This document shows, piece after piece, positions 1-10,143 of a stretch of DNA of 58,907 nt. Position numbers and translations under genes: made by a program. Under the pieces are notes generated by a model. The model saw only the letters and a list, made by a program, of their open reading frames with translations. It was not told the origin of the DNA and searched no databases. How positions within the stretch are numbered: the stretch's first letter is position 1; the number at the start of each line of letters is the position of its first letter. Source of the stretch: Candidatus Liptonbacteria bacterium (GTDB taxonomy: Bacteria > Patescibacteriota > Minisyncoccia > UBA6257 > 2-01-FULL-56-20); contig JACPLI010000003.1 in the NCBI GenBank assembly GCA_016186635.1, positions 1 through 58,907 of the forward strand, in the 5' to 3' direction.

Positions 1-1446
1 AAAGGATGGAAGTACGGCATCACGCCGATTGATAAGATTGAGAAACTTATCAAAGCTGTGCAAAACAATGACCCTTCGCTGAAAGTTGTGATTGAAGCGA
101 GAAATGCGGACGGGGACGTTGACCGCGCGGAGAAGGGAATTGCCTTCAACCTCTGCGCCCCGATGTGGGGGAATGGGCATCATAAAGTGGTGTATGAACG
201 AGGCACGAGCGCACTTGCCCCCCACAGCATCAATACTCTTATGACGGTGTTCTACCTTGTAGATAAAGAGGAAGACACGAGATTTTGGGGTTTCGAGCAA
301 GTTGACCCTTACGCAAAGTATAAGGAGAAGTTTTCCCACATTGTGAATCTTGCGCGCCGCGACGATTCGCTCTACCTCTGGGGAATTGCCTCGACGAAGA
401 CCCCTACGAGATACATGAGGGGGATTAATTCCGATTCTCCGTGCCATAGGTCGAGGGGAGATTATATGTATACCACCTACAACCACATACTGTACGCAGA
501 CGTGGAGGCGACAGTAGACGGCACTGCAATTGAGGGAATCGCAACGCTCGGGGGGAGAAACACTGTGGTGCACCCGAACGCTTCCGCCGATACCATTATG
601 CATGAGTTCGGGCACCTCTTCGCTGGTCTCCTCGATGAAAGTGGGGGAAAGGGCGGGATTACCCTTCATCAGCCGGAAAAAAATTGCACGTTCGACCCCG
701 TGTCAGATTTTGCATACGAGGGTAGGCAATACGGCGCGGGCGCTATAACAAGCGTGAGGGGGTGTAATCATGTGGGCGGGTCGCCGCTTCACAATATTTA
801 TCGGCCAAGCCCGACGGGTCTCATGAATTACGATACCGCTAAACTTCCCCGCGACAATCGGTTGAGTGCAGTAGATTGCGGGTTTGCCATCGCGGCGACC
901 ATAGGCGGAAAAGGACCGGAATATTTTCCTGAATGCATGGGGCTTAATGTAATAAAATCTACGGGGGCTTCGGCATTGTTACCTCGCAATCCTTTACTCG
1001 CTTCCATATCAAACGCGGCGCCCGCTGGCCAGTTCTCGGAGCCGGCTGAAACCGATATGCAGGGCGGGGTTATCTTCGAGCGCGACACGCCATCGGGCGA
1101 TATTCCTGCGGCGGGCGTCGTCTGGTACGACGGAGAACCCATGCCGCCGTCGCTGAAGTTCTTGGAAGCTCCGAGCACCGCTTCCGTCATCGAGCGCCTC
1201 CGCGCCCGCGTGCGGGAACTCACCACAGAGCGCAATACGCTGCGCACGCGACGCCGCCCCGCTCCGCGCGCAACTCGGCGACATTTCCTCCGCGCTGCAG
1301 GGTATTCTCGAAGCGATGCAGGAGGCAGTGCGATAAGGGCTGAATCTTTTGGGTTCTCAAATTCTAAATTCGAATATCGAAACTCTAAACAATATCTAAA
1401 CCCGAATGTTCCAAATTCAAAACAGTTTAGATTATTGGGATTTTGA
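1..1446 (+). CDS. Zinc metallopeptidase-domain protein (HEXXH; resembles M64/IgA-peptidase-like), 5'-truncated by the window edge, possible frameshift near 1245-1250
   Basis: Frame 1 is open from base 1. HEFGHLFAGLLDE zinc motif, later C..G, YRPS and GLM motifs. The frame-1 C-terminus reads through an AT-rich repeat; a frame-2 amphipathic tail ends at TAA 1336. Confidence 0.55.
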   Translation, partial: KGWKYGITPIDKIEKLIKAVQNNDPSLKVVIEARNADGDVDRAEKGIAFNLCAPMWGNGHHKVVYERGTSALAPHSINTLMTVFYLVDKEEDTRFWGFEQVDPYAKYKEKFSHIVNLARRDDSLYLWGIASTKTPTRYMRGINSDSPCHRSRGDYMYTTYNHILYADVEATVDGTAIEGIATLGGRNTVVHPNASADTIMHEFGHLFAGLLDESGGKGGITLHQPEKNCTFDPVSDFAYEGRQYGAGAITSVRGCNHVGGSPLHNIYRPSPTGLMNYDTAKLPRDNRLSAVDCGFAIAATIGGKGPEYFPECMGLNVIKSTGASALLPRNPLLASISNAAPAGQFSEPAETDMQGGVIFERDTPSGDIPAAGVVWYDGEPMPPSLKFLEAPSTASVIERLRARVRELTTERNTLRTRRRPAPRATRRHFLRAAGYSRSDAGGSAIRAESFGFSNSKFEYRNSKQYLNPNVPNSKQFRLLGF

Positions 1447-1492
1447 ATATTGGGATTTGTTTAGTAATTAGGTCAATTAGAAATTAGAAATT
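1355..1492. repeat. Family B AT-rich heptamer-periodic imperfect inverted repeat, copy B1
   Basis: AATTCTAAATTCGAATATCGAAACTCTAAACAATATCTAAA ... TTTGTTTAGTAATTAG..AATTAGAAATTAGAAATT. A 24-nt stretch is the exact reverse complement of part of B2's right arm. Confidence 0.8.
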
Positions 1493-1496
1493 GTAC

Positions 1497-3023
1497 TCAT
1501 ATGATTCCTTCGAGCAAACTTCTCCCCGTCATCTCCTCGGGTTGGGGAATACCGAAGAGTTCAAGGATGGTGGGCGCCACGTCCGCCAAGGTGCCCATCG
1601 TCTCCGTCGCGAGCGTCGCGGCGTTCGCGAACTTCTTGCCGCGGAATTCGTTCCCTACAAGGTAGAAAGGGACAGGGCTCGGGTCATGCTGGGATTCCAT
1701 GAGCCCCGTCGTGGGGTTCAGCACTTGCTCGATGTTGCCGTGGTCGGAGGTGATGAGGAGGATGCCGGACTCCGGGAGCGCCTGCACGAGCCGCGCAATT
1801 TCTCTGTCTATCACGCGCACGGCTTCGAGCGAGGCGTCGTAGTTCGCGGTGTGCGCCATCGTGTCCGGGTTCGCGTAGTTTGCGAGGATGAAGCGGAAGG
1901 AGTTGTTCGACAAGGCCTCGATGATGCGGTCGGTAATCGCGGTTGCCTGCATCTCGGGGTGCTCCTCGGGCTTCGCGGTGGAGAGCGAGGGCACCACCAC
2001 GCGATACTCGCCTTTGGATGGCTGTTCCTCGTAGCCGTTGAAGAAGTACGTCACGTGCGCGTATTTGTACGTCTCGGCAACGCGCAACTGGTTGATGCCT
2101 TGTGCGGAGAGTACCTTCCCAAGCGGCTCGCGCACGAGGTCTGGCGCGAATGCCGCGGGCACGGGGAGTGATTGTTCGTAGGGTGTCATGGTGGCGACAA
2201 AAAGATTGGGAAGCTCGCGGCGGGGGAATGCGGCAAAATCCGGCTTTGCAAATGCCTCGGCAATCTGCCGCACCGAGTCCTCGCGGAAGTTCCAAAAGAC
2301 GAGCGCGTCGTTCGCCTTGATTATTCCTTCCTTATCAAGCAGGAGCGGCGGGAGGTACTCCTCGGAGAGTCCTTTCGCGTACGTCGCCTCAATTGTGGGA
2401 GCGGGGTCAGTCGCCGCGGTTCCCACGCCCGCCATGAGGTCGTACACCGCTTTCGTGAGCTGCCAGTTTTTGTTTCGGTCCATCGCGTAGTAGCGGCCTA
2501 CGAGCGTCGCAAGATTCTCTTTCGGCAACTCGGCGAGAAGTTTGCCGAGCATCTTCGGCGGGCCGTCCTTGCCGTCTGCCCACACGTGGAGGCGCACCCG
2601 CGGTACCTTCTCCTGCTCCGCAAGCGCGAGGAGCGCTTTCACATGGCTCACCGAAGCGTGCACGTTCGCGCTCGTCAAAAGCCCCGCAAGGTGGAGCGTG
2701 GAGTTATGCTCCCGCGCGTGCGCGCAGGCACTCTTCAGCGTCTCGTTTGAGAAGAACGTCTTGTCGCGTATGGCGAGCGTGATTTTTGGGTAGTACTGGA
2801 AGAGCGTTTTCCCTGCGCCCAAGGTGAGGTGCCCCACTTCGCTGTTGCCGACCTCGCCCCACGGGAGCCCCACCGCGATGCCCGAGGCCTGCAAGCTCGT
2901 GAGGGGGAATTCCCGCGCAAGCGCGGTGAGGGTGGGGGGCTGGACTACATGGATGGGATTCGATTCGTCTTCTCTTCCGATACCCCAGCCGTCGAGGATG
3001 GCGAGTATGATACTTCTTTGCAT
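1497..3023 (-). CDS. gpmI: 2,3-bisphosphoglycerate-independent phosphoglycerate mutase
   Basis: ILDGWG, GNSEVGH, GRYYAMDR, AETYKYAHVTYFFNG, NPDTMAHT, SDHGN, LADVAPTIL motifs. Start at ATG 3023, 9 nt below TACAAT. Confidence 0.95.
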   Translation of the reverse strand: MQRSIILAILDGWGIGREDESNPIHVVQPPTLTALAREFPLTSLQASGIAVGLPWGEVGNSEVGHLTLGAGKTLFQYYPKITLAIRDKTFFSNETLKSACAHAREHNSTLHLAGLLTSANVHASVSHVKALLALAEQEKVPRVRLHVWADGKDGPPKMLGKLLAELPKENLATLVGRYYAMDRNKNWQLTKAVYDLMAGVGTAATDPAPTIEATYAKGLSEEYLPPLLLDKEGIIKANDALVFWNFREDSVRQIAEAFAKPDFAAFPRRELPNLFVATMTPYEQSLPVPAAFAPDLVREPLGKVLSAQGINQLRVAETYKYAHVTYFFNGYEEQPSKGEYRVVVPSLSTAKPEEHPEMQATAITDRIIEALSNNSFRFILANYANPDTMAHTANYDASLEAVRVIDREIARLVQALPESGILLITSDHGNIEQVLNPTTGLMESQHDPSPVPFYLVGNEFRGKKFANAATLATETMGTLADVAPTILELFGIPQPEEMTGRSLLEGII

Positions 3024-3045
3024 AACGGTTGTATTGTAACCCAAA

Positions 3046-3158
3046 AGAGTAATCGCTAATATCGCGAATCGCAGACAAATAACGCAAATGGTTCGATACA
3101 CTCACCACACGTGGATTCGCGTTATTGAGTCCAAATTTGCGTTATTCGTGATTACTCT
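3046..3158 (+). repeat. Family A hairpin element, copy A1 (25-nt loop)
   Basis: AGAGTAATCGCTAAT...ATTCGTGATTACTCT terminal inverted repeats; same internal 9-mer units as A2-A5. Confidence 0.85.
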
Positions 3159-3161
3159 CAT

Positions 3162-3190
3162 TTGACGAGCTTCCCGGTTTCCGCCATACT
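3162..3190 (+). promoter_or_regulatory. Sigma70-like promoter for rny
   Basis: TTGACG-N17-CATACT. Confidence 0.5.
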
Positions 3191-3251
3191 ACATGCATAG
3201 CTTCGTTTTCTCAAAAAGAGTCACTTATGTCGAACGTAGGATTACAAATTT

Positions 3252-4778
3252 ATGGAGTACGGATTGTGGGGGCCCCTTCTCGGGGCGCTCGTGGTTGGAG
3301 CGTGCATTGGGTATGTCGTGCGGCGCGCGTGGGCCTCACAGCAGGCGGCGCGGGCGGAGGGAAAAACTAAAGCAATCCTCGGCGGCGCCGAGGAGCGGGC
3401 GAAGAAAATAGTTTTGGACGCCGAGCATAAGGCGGCGGGTTTGCTTGCGGAGGTGAGAAAGGAGGAGCGGGAGCGGAAGACGGAATCGCACGAACTCGAG
3501 GAGCGGCTTCGCCGGCGCGAGGAGCTCCTTGACAAAAAACTCGCGTCACTCGGGAGCGATGAGGCCGCGCTCCGCGCGAAGGGCGAGGCGCTTGAGAAGC
3601 GCGAGGGCGACCTCAAAGGGCTTCTTAAAGAAGCTGAAACACGCCTCGAGCGGGTGGGGGGACTCTCGGCGGCGGATGCGCGCGATGAGCTGTTCCGGAA
3701 AGTTGCCGAAGACCGCAAGGCGGACATGGTGCAGCTCATACAGAAAGTGGAGAAGGAAAACCGCGACGAAGTCGAGAAAAAAGCGATGGAAGTTATCACC
3801 ATTGCGCTTCAGCGGTTCAGCCGGTCGCATGTCTCCGAGGTGACGACCACCGTGTTTCCCTTGGGTGACGAGGATATTAAGGGGAAAATCATCGGGCGCG
3901 AGGGGCGGAACATCCGGGCGCTTGAGCGCGCGACGGGCGTGGAGTTCGTGATTGACGAGACGCCGGACAGCGTCATTATTTCGTCCTTCGACCCGTACCG
4001 GAGGGAGGTGGCGCGGCTCGCCCTGGCGAAGCTCATCAAAGACGGGCGCATCCAGCCGGCGAAAATCGAGGAGAAAGTGGAGGAAGCGAAGCAGGAGCTT
4101 GCGAAGCGCATGCAGGAAATCGGGCAGGCGGCGGCGGACGAGGTGGGTGTCTTTGATTTGCCAAAAGAAATCGTACAGCTTGTGGGGCGGCTCCACTTCC
4201 GCACGAGCTACGGGCAGAACGTGCTTACCCACTCAATCGAGATGGCGCACCTTGCGACGATGATGGCAGGGGAGCTGGGATTGAATGTTGAGGTTGCGAA
4301 GAAAGGCGCGCTCCTCCACGACATCGGGAAGGCGCTCGACCACGAGATTGAGGGGACGCATGTGGATTTGGGCATGAAGATTCTGCGGAAGTACAGCATC
4401 GACGAGCGGGTGATTCAGGCGATGCAGTCGCACCATGAAGATTACCCCTACGCGATTCCCGAGGCATACGTGGTGACGGCGGCAGACGTGCTCTCCGCCG
4501 CGCGTCCCGGCGCCCGCCGCGGCACGATTGAAGCGTACATCAAACGCCTCGGCGACCTCGAGCGGATTGCGCTCGAGTTCCCTGGCGTGAAGAGCGCCTA
4601 TGCGATCTCTGCAGGGCGCGAGCTGCGCATATTCGTGATTCCCGAGAAGGTGGACGATTTCCGGGCGCTCGAGCTTGCCCGTGAGATTGCGAATAAAGTG
4701 CAATCCGAGTTAAAATACCCGGGTGAAATCAAGGTGAATGTCATCCGCGAGATGCGGGCGGTCGAATACGCCCGCTAG
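3252..4778 (+). CDS. rny: Ribonuclease Y
   Basis: N-terminal TM, coiled coil, KH (KGKIIGREGRNIR), HD (RTSYGQNVLTHS, LLHDIGK), AADVLSAARPGAR, YPGEIKVNVIRE. Confidence 0.97.
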   Translation: MEYGLWGPLLGALVVGACIGYVVRRAWASQQAARAEGKTKAILGGAEERAKKIVLDAEHKAAGLLAEVRKEERERKTESHELEERLRRREELLDKKLASLGSDEAALRAKGEALEKREGDLKGLLKEAETRLERVGGLSAADARDELFRKVAEDRKADMVQLIQKVEKENRDEVEKKAMEVITIALQRFSRSHVSEVTTTVFPLGDEDIKGKIIGREGRNIRALERATGVEFVIDETPDSVIISSFDPYRREVARLALAKLIKDGRIQPAKIEEKVEEAKQELAKRMQEIGQAAADEVGVFDLPKEIVQLVGRLHFRTSYGQNVLTHSIEMAHLATMMAGELGLNVEVAKKGALLHDIGKALDHEIEGTHVDLGMKILRKYSIDERVIQAMQSHHEDYPYAIPEAYVVTAADVLSAARPGARRGTIEAYIKRLGDLERIALEFPGVKSAYAISAGRELRIFVIPEKVDDFRALELAREIANKVQSELKYPGEIKVNVIREMRAVEYAR

Positions 4779-4785
4779 GACGTAC

Positions 4786-4946
4786 AATATCGAAGCACGA
4801 AATTCTAAATCCGAAACAAACCCTAATGTCCAAATTCCAATGAGTCAAACCGTTTCGAGTTTGGAACATTTTCCGCCAAAGGCGGATCCGCCTCGGGCGG
4901 AGAATTTCGATATTGTTTAGAGTTTCGATATTTGAATTTCGGATTT
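4786..4946. repeat. Family B inverted-repeat element, copy B2, with a nested GC-rich double hairpin
   Basis: CGAAGCACGAAATTCTAAA is identical to B3. Right arm GATATTGTTTAGAGTTTCGATATT. Confidence 0.8.
4872..4901. repeat. REP-like tandem palindromes TCCGCC-AAA-GGCGGA / TCCGCC-TCG-GGCGGA
   Basis: Two adjacent 6-bp-stem hairpins inside AT-rich B2. Confidence 0.75.
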
Positions 4947-4955
4947 ATCCATAAA

Positions 4956-6521
4956 ATGTTGCTCAAACTCACCAAATTCTTCACCTACGTATCGCTCTTC
5001 GCGGTGCTGGTGGTGTTGACCGGCGCCTTCTTCCCATTCATCGGGGGGAAAGCTTACTTTTTCAGGATTGCGGTGGAGGTGGCGGCTGCCTTCGCGCTCC
5101 TTTGGTGGGCATTCGAGTCCGCGCCGCGCGAGGCGGGACACCTCCTGCGGGGCGCGTTTCGGAAGCCGCTCGTCGTCGCGGTGTCCGTCTTCGCGCTCGC
5201 GTTTCTCCTCGCCGCGCTCTTCGCGGACAACCCGTACGCGGCATTCTGGTCCAACTATGAGCGCGGCGAGGGCGGGTTCCAGATGCTCCATTACTATGCG
5301 TTTTTCATGCTCCTTGCGCTTTTTTTCAAGGAGGCGCGCGACTGGGAGCGCTTCTTTAAGGTAGCGGTGCTCGCAGCGCTCCTCATGGTGCTCTACGGTG
5401 CTGGCTCCGCGGTGCTCAATGTCTCTCCCGCGGGTGCCCCTTCGAATCCGTTCGGGTTTGTGAGCGTCTACGTGGGTCCCGATGGAAAACCGATTGCCCC
5501 CACATTCCTTGGGCGCCTTTTCTCGCCGGAAGTGCGGTTTCAGGGGTCCCTTGGAAATCCTGCCTACGTCGCGCCGTACCTGATGTTTACCATGTTCTAC
5601 TGCTTCTACCTCTTTTCACGGCATACGAAGCGCTGGTGGTGGGTTGCCGGCGGAGTATTCTTCTTCGTCTTTCTCATTCTTACGCAGACGCGTGGAGCGC
5701 TCATCGGGACTGCGGCTGCGGCGGCGGTCTTCTTCCTCTACGCGATTGCCAACACTGAAGGGAAATCCCGGCGCACCTACACCATTCTCTTATGGGCGCT
5801 TGCGCTTCTTTACGGCGCGCTCCTGTATTACCGCACGTCAGAGTTTGTGACGAGCAACTTTCCGGTGCTCGAGCGGATTTTCGGGCTTGGCCTTTCCCCG
5901 AGCCAGGCCGGGAAACTCTGGCTTGCCGCGGCGGCAGCACTCCTTCTCCTCAACGTTTTCTTCGTGGCACAGCAGAAGATGCGGGTGGTTGCGGCGGCGC
6001 TTTTTCTCGCGCTCGCGGTGGGAGGCGGATGGTACGTGCGCACACTGAAGCAGTTCCCGGCGGCGGACAGTTTTGCGACGCGCGTGTGGACGTGGGGCAC
6101 CGCGGTCGAGGGGTTTAAGGAGCGCCCGCTCCTTGGGTGGGGGCCGGAGAATTTCCCTGCGGTCTTCGACAGGCATTTCGACCCCCGCCACTTTGTTCCC
6201 GGGCAGGGAACGGAAACGTGGTTTGACCGCGCCCACAGCGTGCTCTTCGACTACCTCGCGGAGACCGGCCTCGTGGGGCTCCTCGCGTATCTCGCCATCT
6301 TCATCACGTTTTTCAGGGAGTTTGCCCGCCGCGTCCGCGCGAGCGCAGAGCGCGTGCTCTCGCGGGCGCTGGTGGTTGCGCTCCCGGTGGGGTATCTTGT
6401 CCAAGCATTCGCACTCTTCGACGTGCTCCCTGTCTACATCAACCTGTTCCTTTTTCTTGCCTTCGCAAGCTGGTGGCTTTCGCTCGGCGCGCAGGCGCAT
6501 CATGGCGCTTTACCCGCATGA
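4956..6521 (+). CDS. O-antigen ligase / Wzy_C family membrane protein
   Basis: Polytopic; GSLGNPAY, TQTRGA, R..TW, PLLGWGPENF, FDRAHS motifs. Confidence 0.85.
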   Translation: MLLKLTKFFTYVSLFAVLVVLTGAFFPFIGGKAYFFRIAVEVAAAFALLWWAFESAPREAGHLLRGAFRKPLVVAVSVFALAFLLAALFADNPYAAFWSNYERGEGGFQMLHYYAFFMLLALFFKEARDWERFFKVAVLAALLMVLYGAGSAVLNVSPAGAPSNPFGFVSVYVGPDGKPIAPTFLGRLFSPEVRFQGSLGNPAYVAPYLMFTMFYCFYLFSRHTKRWWWVAGGVFFFVFLILTQTRGALIGTAAAAAVFFLYAIANTEGKSRRTYTILLWALALLYGALLYYRTSEFVTSNFPVLERIFGLGLSPSQAGKLWLAAAAALLLLNVFFVAQQKMRVVAAALFLALAVGGGWYVRTLKQFPAADSFATRVWTWGTAVEGFKERPLLGWGPENFPAVFDRHFDPRHFVPGQGTETWFDRAHSVLFDYLAETGLVGLLAYLAIFITFFREFARRVRASAERVLSRALVVALPVGYLVQAFALFDVLPVYINLFLFLAFASWWLSLGAQAHHGALPA

Positions 6522-7186
6522 ATCCCACACTCAACAAAATAGCCGCCATTCTCGGAGTGCTTGTGCTCGGCGTTGTGGCGTACTACGGCACCTATCTGCC
6601 GTTCCAGAAATCGCGGACATTTATTAACACCATCCGCGGGATGGGCGGCGCACGCTCGATTGAAGAATTCAAAAAAATGTTTGACGCGCCGCTTCGAATC
6701 CCGTCCCCCATTGGGCAGGAGGAACTTGTCCGGAACATGGCTTCCGAGATCGTGGGACTCGTGGGGAAAGGGAGCACCAATCCGGAAATCGAGGAAGAAC
6801 TCTTGAAGTTTGTCGCACAGCATTTTGAACCCTTCGTCGCGTCCGGCAAAGGAATGAGCTTCGGGCAGGATTTATACATCTTGGGCACACTCCACCGGAT
6901 AGTGTATCAGCACACCAAGAAGGCGGAGTACCTTGATGCCGCAGAGGGGTACTTTTTGAGGGCGCTTGAACTCGGGCCGAAGCGTCCCCAATCGCTCTAC
7001 ACTCTTCTCGACATCTACCTCGCGAAGCAGGACGTGGCGCGAGTAAAGCAGATTGCCGGGCAAATCAACAGGCAATGGCCCACCGATGCGCGCGTCTCAG
7101 AGATTCTCAAAGTGGTTCAGCAAGCCGAAGCGGCGTCTTCGTCTCCAGCTCCAGCTCCAGCCCTGGCTCCAAAAGCGAAGAAGTAG
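6518..7186 (+). CDS. Membrane-anchored TPR-like protein
   Basis: ATGA overlap with the ligase; N-terminal TM; [22 protein letters not shown] is TPR-like. Confidence 0.7.
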   Translation: MNPTLNKIAAILGVLVLGVVAYYGTYLPFQKSRTFINTIRGMGGARSIEEFKKMFDAPLRIPSPIGQEELVRNMASEIVGLVGKGSTNPEIEEELLKFVAQHFEPFVASGKGMSFGQDLYILGTLHRIVYQHTKKAEYLDAAEGYFLRALELGPKRPQSLYTLLDIYLAKQDVARVKQIAGQINRQWPTDARVSEILKVVQQAEAASSSPAPAPALAPKAKK

Positions 7187-7202
7187 CTGTGTGCATACCT
7201 CC

Positions 7203-8201
7203 ATGGAGCAGAAAAAAGCTTTGATTACCGGAATTACCGGGCAAGACGGGAGCTACCTCGCGGAGCTTTTGCTCGAGAAGGGCTATGAGGTGCACGGCGT
7301 GATTCGCCGGGCATCCACATTCAACACGTTGCGCATTAGCCATCTCTACCAGGACCCGCACGAGAAGGGAAGGCGGCTCATGCTCCACTACGGGGACCTT
7401 GCGGACGCGAATACCGTGCGGAGGCTTTTGTACGAGGTGAAGCCGTCGGAACTCTATAATCTTGGCGCGCAGTCGCATGTGCGGGTGTCATTCGACATTC
7501 CGGAGTACACAGCGGACATCGTAGCGCTGGGCACGCTTCGCATCCTCGAAGCCATAAAGGACTATGAGAAAGAAACAAGCAAGAAAGTCCGGTTCTATCA
7601 AGCGTCGAGTTCGGAGATGTTCGGCGCCGCTCCGCCTCCGCAAAATGAGGAGACGTGTTTCCGTCCGCGGAGTCCGTACGCCGCCGCGAAGGTGTTTGCG
7701 TTTCACATGACGCGGAACTATCGCGAGGCGTACGGGCTCTTTGCGGTAAACGGAGTCCTTTTCAACCACGAGTCGCCGCGAAGAGGAGAAACGTTCGTGA
7801 CGCGCAAAGTTTCACGGGGAGTGGCGCGCATCAAGGCGGGACTCGACAAGAAACTGTACCTCGGGAATTTGAAGGCAAAGCGTGACTGGGGGTACGCGCC
7901 GGAATACGTGGAAGCGGCGTGGCGGATGCTCCAGCAGCCCGCGCCTGAGGACTATGTGATTGGCACGGGGGAATCGCACTCGGTGGAGGAGTTTGTCGCG
8001 GAGGCGTTCCGGGTGGCGGGGCTCGGGGATTGGAAAAAATATGTGGAGTTCGACCCGCGGTACCTGCGTCCGACGGAGGTGGACAACCTCGTCGCCGACC
8101 CGCGGAAGGCGAAAGAAAAGCTGGGGTGGGAGGCGAAGACGAAATTCAAAGAGCTGGTAAAACTTATGGTGGAGGCAGAGTTAAAACTCGTTCAGAGGTA
8201 A
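7203..8201 (+). CDS. gmd: GDP-mannose 4,6-dehydratase
   Basis: [58 protein letters not shown]. Confidence 0.96.
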   Translation: MEQKKALITGITGQDGSYLAELLLEKGYEVHGVIRRASTFNTLRISHLYQDPHEKGRRLMLHYGDLADANTVRRLLYEVKPSELYNLGAQSHVRVSFDIPEYTADIVALGTLRILEAIKDYEKETSKKVRFYQASSSEMFGAAPPPQNEETCFRPRSPYAAAKVFAFHMTRNYREAYGLFAVNGVLFNHESPRRGETFVTRKVSRGVARIKAGLDKKLYLGNLKAKRDWGYAPEYVEAAWRMLQQPAPEDYVIGTGESHSVEEFVAEAFRVAGLGDWKKYVEFDPRYLRPTEVDNLVADPRKAKEKLGWEAKTKFKELVKLMVEAELKLVQR

Positions 8202-8217
8202 AGGCAAGGAAGCCCGC

Positions 8218-9156
8218 ATGCTCGATTTGAAAACAAAAAAAATTCTCGTGACGGGCGCGAGCGGGTTTTTGGGTACGCATGCGCGCGCGGCATTAAAAGC
8301 CCGCGGCGTGGAGGATGACTCCATTGTTGCGCCGACGAGGAAAACATATGACTTTCGGGAGCGGAGCGCGTGCGCGGAGGCGGTGAAAGGCGTGGATGTG
8401 GTGCTCCATTTGGCGGGAGTCACCGGGAACACGGAGTTCCACAAGAGTGAACCCGCCCGCACGTATTACGATAACCTTATCATGGGGGTGTATCTGATGG
8501 AGACGGCGCGGGCCGCAGGGGTCCAAAAGTTTGTGACGATTGGGAGTGCCACCGAGTATCCAGAGAGAGCTCCCCTTCCGTTCCGCGAGGATGACCTTTG
8601 GATTGGGCCTCTCGAGGCAGACCATGCTCCGTATACCGTTGCGAAGAAAATGCTTTCGGTTCAGTCGCGGGCGTATTCCGAACAATATGGGTTCCGTGCG
8701 GTGCACCTTATCATGACAAACATGTACGGTCCCGGAGAAAACGTGGAGAGCGGCGTGTTTATCCCCACCCTCATCAAAAAAGTGCTCGAGGCGAAAGCAA
8801 ATTCGCTCTCTGCGGTCGAGATGCACGGGAATGGAGACGCCACGCGGGACTTTATCTATGTGAAAGACGCGGCGGAGGCGATTTGCCTGGCGGCGGAGAA
8901 AGGCGAGCGCCCTGACCCCATTAATATCGCTTCCGGATGGGAGATTTCAGTCCGGGAGCTTGCGGGTATTGTGAAGGATATTGCGGGTTTTGAAGGAACC
9001 ATCACCTTTTCTCCCCGTGCGGGCGGACAGCCGCGCCGAGTGCTCGATACCACTCGGGCTCGGGTACTCTTAGGATTTCAGGCGCAGACCGACTTCCGCA
9101 CCGGCATCGAGGAAACAATCAAGGATTTTTCAGCGCGCATGCGCATATCTCCATGA
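8218..9156 (+). CDS. Fcl-like GDP-4-keto-6-deoxysugar reductase (epimerase Cys/His apparently absent)
   Basis: GASGFLG, YTVAK, NMYGP, TRDFIYV. Has GSATEYP and SGVFIP where Fcl has SSCIYP and SHVIP. Confidence 0.8.
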   Translation: MLDLKTKKILVTGASGFLGTHARAALKARGVEDDSIVAPTRKTYDFRERSACAEAVKGVDVVLHLAGVTGNTEFHKSEPARTYYDNLIMGVYLMETARAAGVQKFVTIGSATEYPERAPLPFREDDLWIGPLEADHAPYTVAKKMLSVQSRAYSEQYGFRAVHLIMTNMYGPGENVESGVFIPTLIKKVLEAKANSLSAVEMHGNGDATRDFIYVKDAAEAICLAAEKGERPDPINIASGWEISVRELAGIVKDIAGFEGTITFSPRAGGQPRRVLDTTRARVLLGFQAQTDFRTGIEETIKDFSARMRISP

Positions 9157-10094
9157 GAGAACTTAAGGAGGCCGCCATTGTGGTGACGGGGGGAGCCGGA
9201 TTTTTGGGAACGCACCTCGTGGAGCGGCTGGTCGCCCATGGCGCGCGCCGCGAGCGCATTCAGGTGGTGCGCCGCGAGGAATACGACCTGCGGGAGCTCG
9301 AAGACTGCGCACAAGCGGTTGCGGGAAAGGATGTCGTGTTCCACCTCGCCGCAAAGGTGGGTGGCATTGGATTCAATCAGCAAAAGCCCGGGGAGCTTTT
9401 TTACGACAATATTGTGATGGCAACCCAGCTCGTCGAGGCGAGTTTTCGCGCCGGCGTGAAAAAGTTTGTGGGGCTGGGAACGGTCTGCGCCTACCCGAAG
9501 TTCACGCCGGTGCCCTTTAAGGAGGACTACCTGTGGGATGGATATCCCGAAGAAACGAATGCCCCCTATGGGCTCGCCAAGAAGGCGCTCCTCACCCAGC
9601 TCCAGGCGTACCGCACTCAGTACGGCTTCAATGGAGTTTATCTCCTGCCGGTGAATCTCTACGGGCCGGGGGACAGTTTTGACCCCGCGCGGTCCCACGT
9701 GATTCCCGCGCTCATACGAAAAGTGTATGAGGCGCGGCATGGGGGAGGCCCGGTGGAGGTGTGGGGGACGGGGCGCGCGACGCGGGAGTTTTTGTATGTC
9801 GAAGACGCGGCGGAGGGGATTGTGCGTGCCGCCGAGCGCTACGACAGCCCCATGCCGGTGAATGTGGGGTCCGGCGCAGAAATTTCCATTAAGGATTTAG
9901 TCTCTCTTATCTGCCGCCTTATGGAGTATGAGGGTGAGATTCGCTGGGATATCTCGAAGCCCGACGGCCAGCCCCGGAGAATGCTCGATACCACTCGGGC
10001 CGAGCGCGAATTCGCTTTCAAAGCGAGCGTGAGTTTCGAGGAGGGGCTGAGGAGAACAATCGCGTGGTATGAGGCAGAAATGGCCAAAAGGTAG
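9153..10094 (+). CDS. fcl: GDP-L-fucose synthase
   Basis: AAKVGGIGFN, LGTVCAYPK, YGLAK, NLYGPGD, SHVIPALI, WGTGRATREFLYV, KPDGQPR. Confidence 0.9.
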   Translation: MRELKEAAIVVTGGAGFLGTHLVERLVAHGARRERIQVVRREEYDLRELEDCAQAVAGKDVVFHLAAKVGGIGFNQQKPGELFYDNIVMATQLVEASFRAGVKKFVGLGTVCAYPKFTPVPFKEDYLWDGYPEETNAPYGLAKKALLTQLQAYRTQYGFNGVYLLPVNLYGPGDSFDPARSHVIPALIRKVYEARHGGGPVEVWGTGRATREFLYVEDAAEGIVRAAERYDSPMPVNVGSGAEISIKDLVSLICRLMEYEGEIRWDISKPDGQPRRMLDTTRAEREFAFKASVSFEEGLRRTIAWYEAEMAKR

Positions 10095-10143
10095 AGTACA
10101 ATGGGTTGCGGGGGGCGTGGAATTGCCATAGAATACTTCCGCG

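Noticed and set aside
7143-7170. CCAGCT tandem repeat as a phase-variation tract
   Set aside because: It is an in-frame hexamer encoding a Pro-Ala tail, so slippage would not switch expression.
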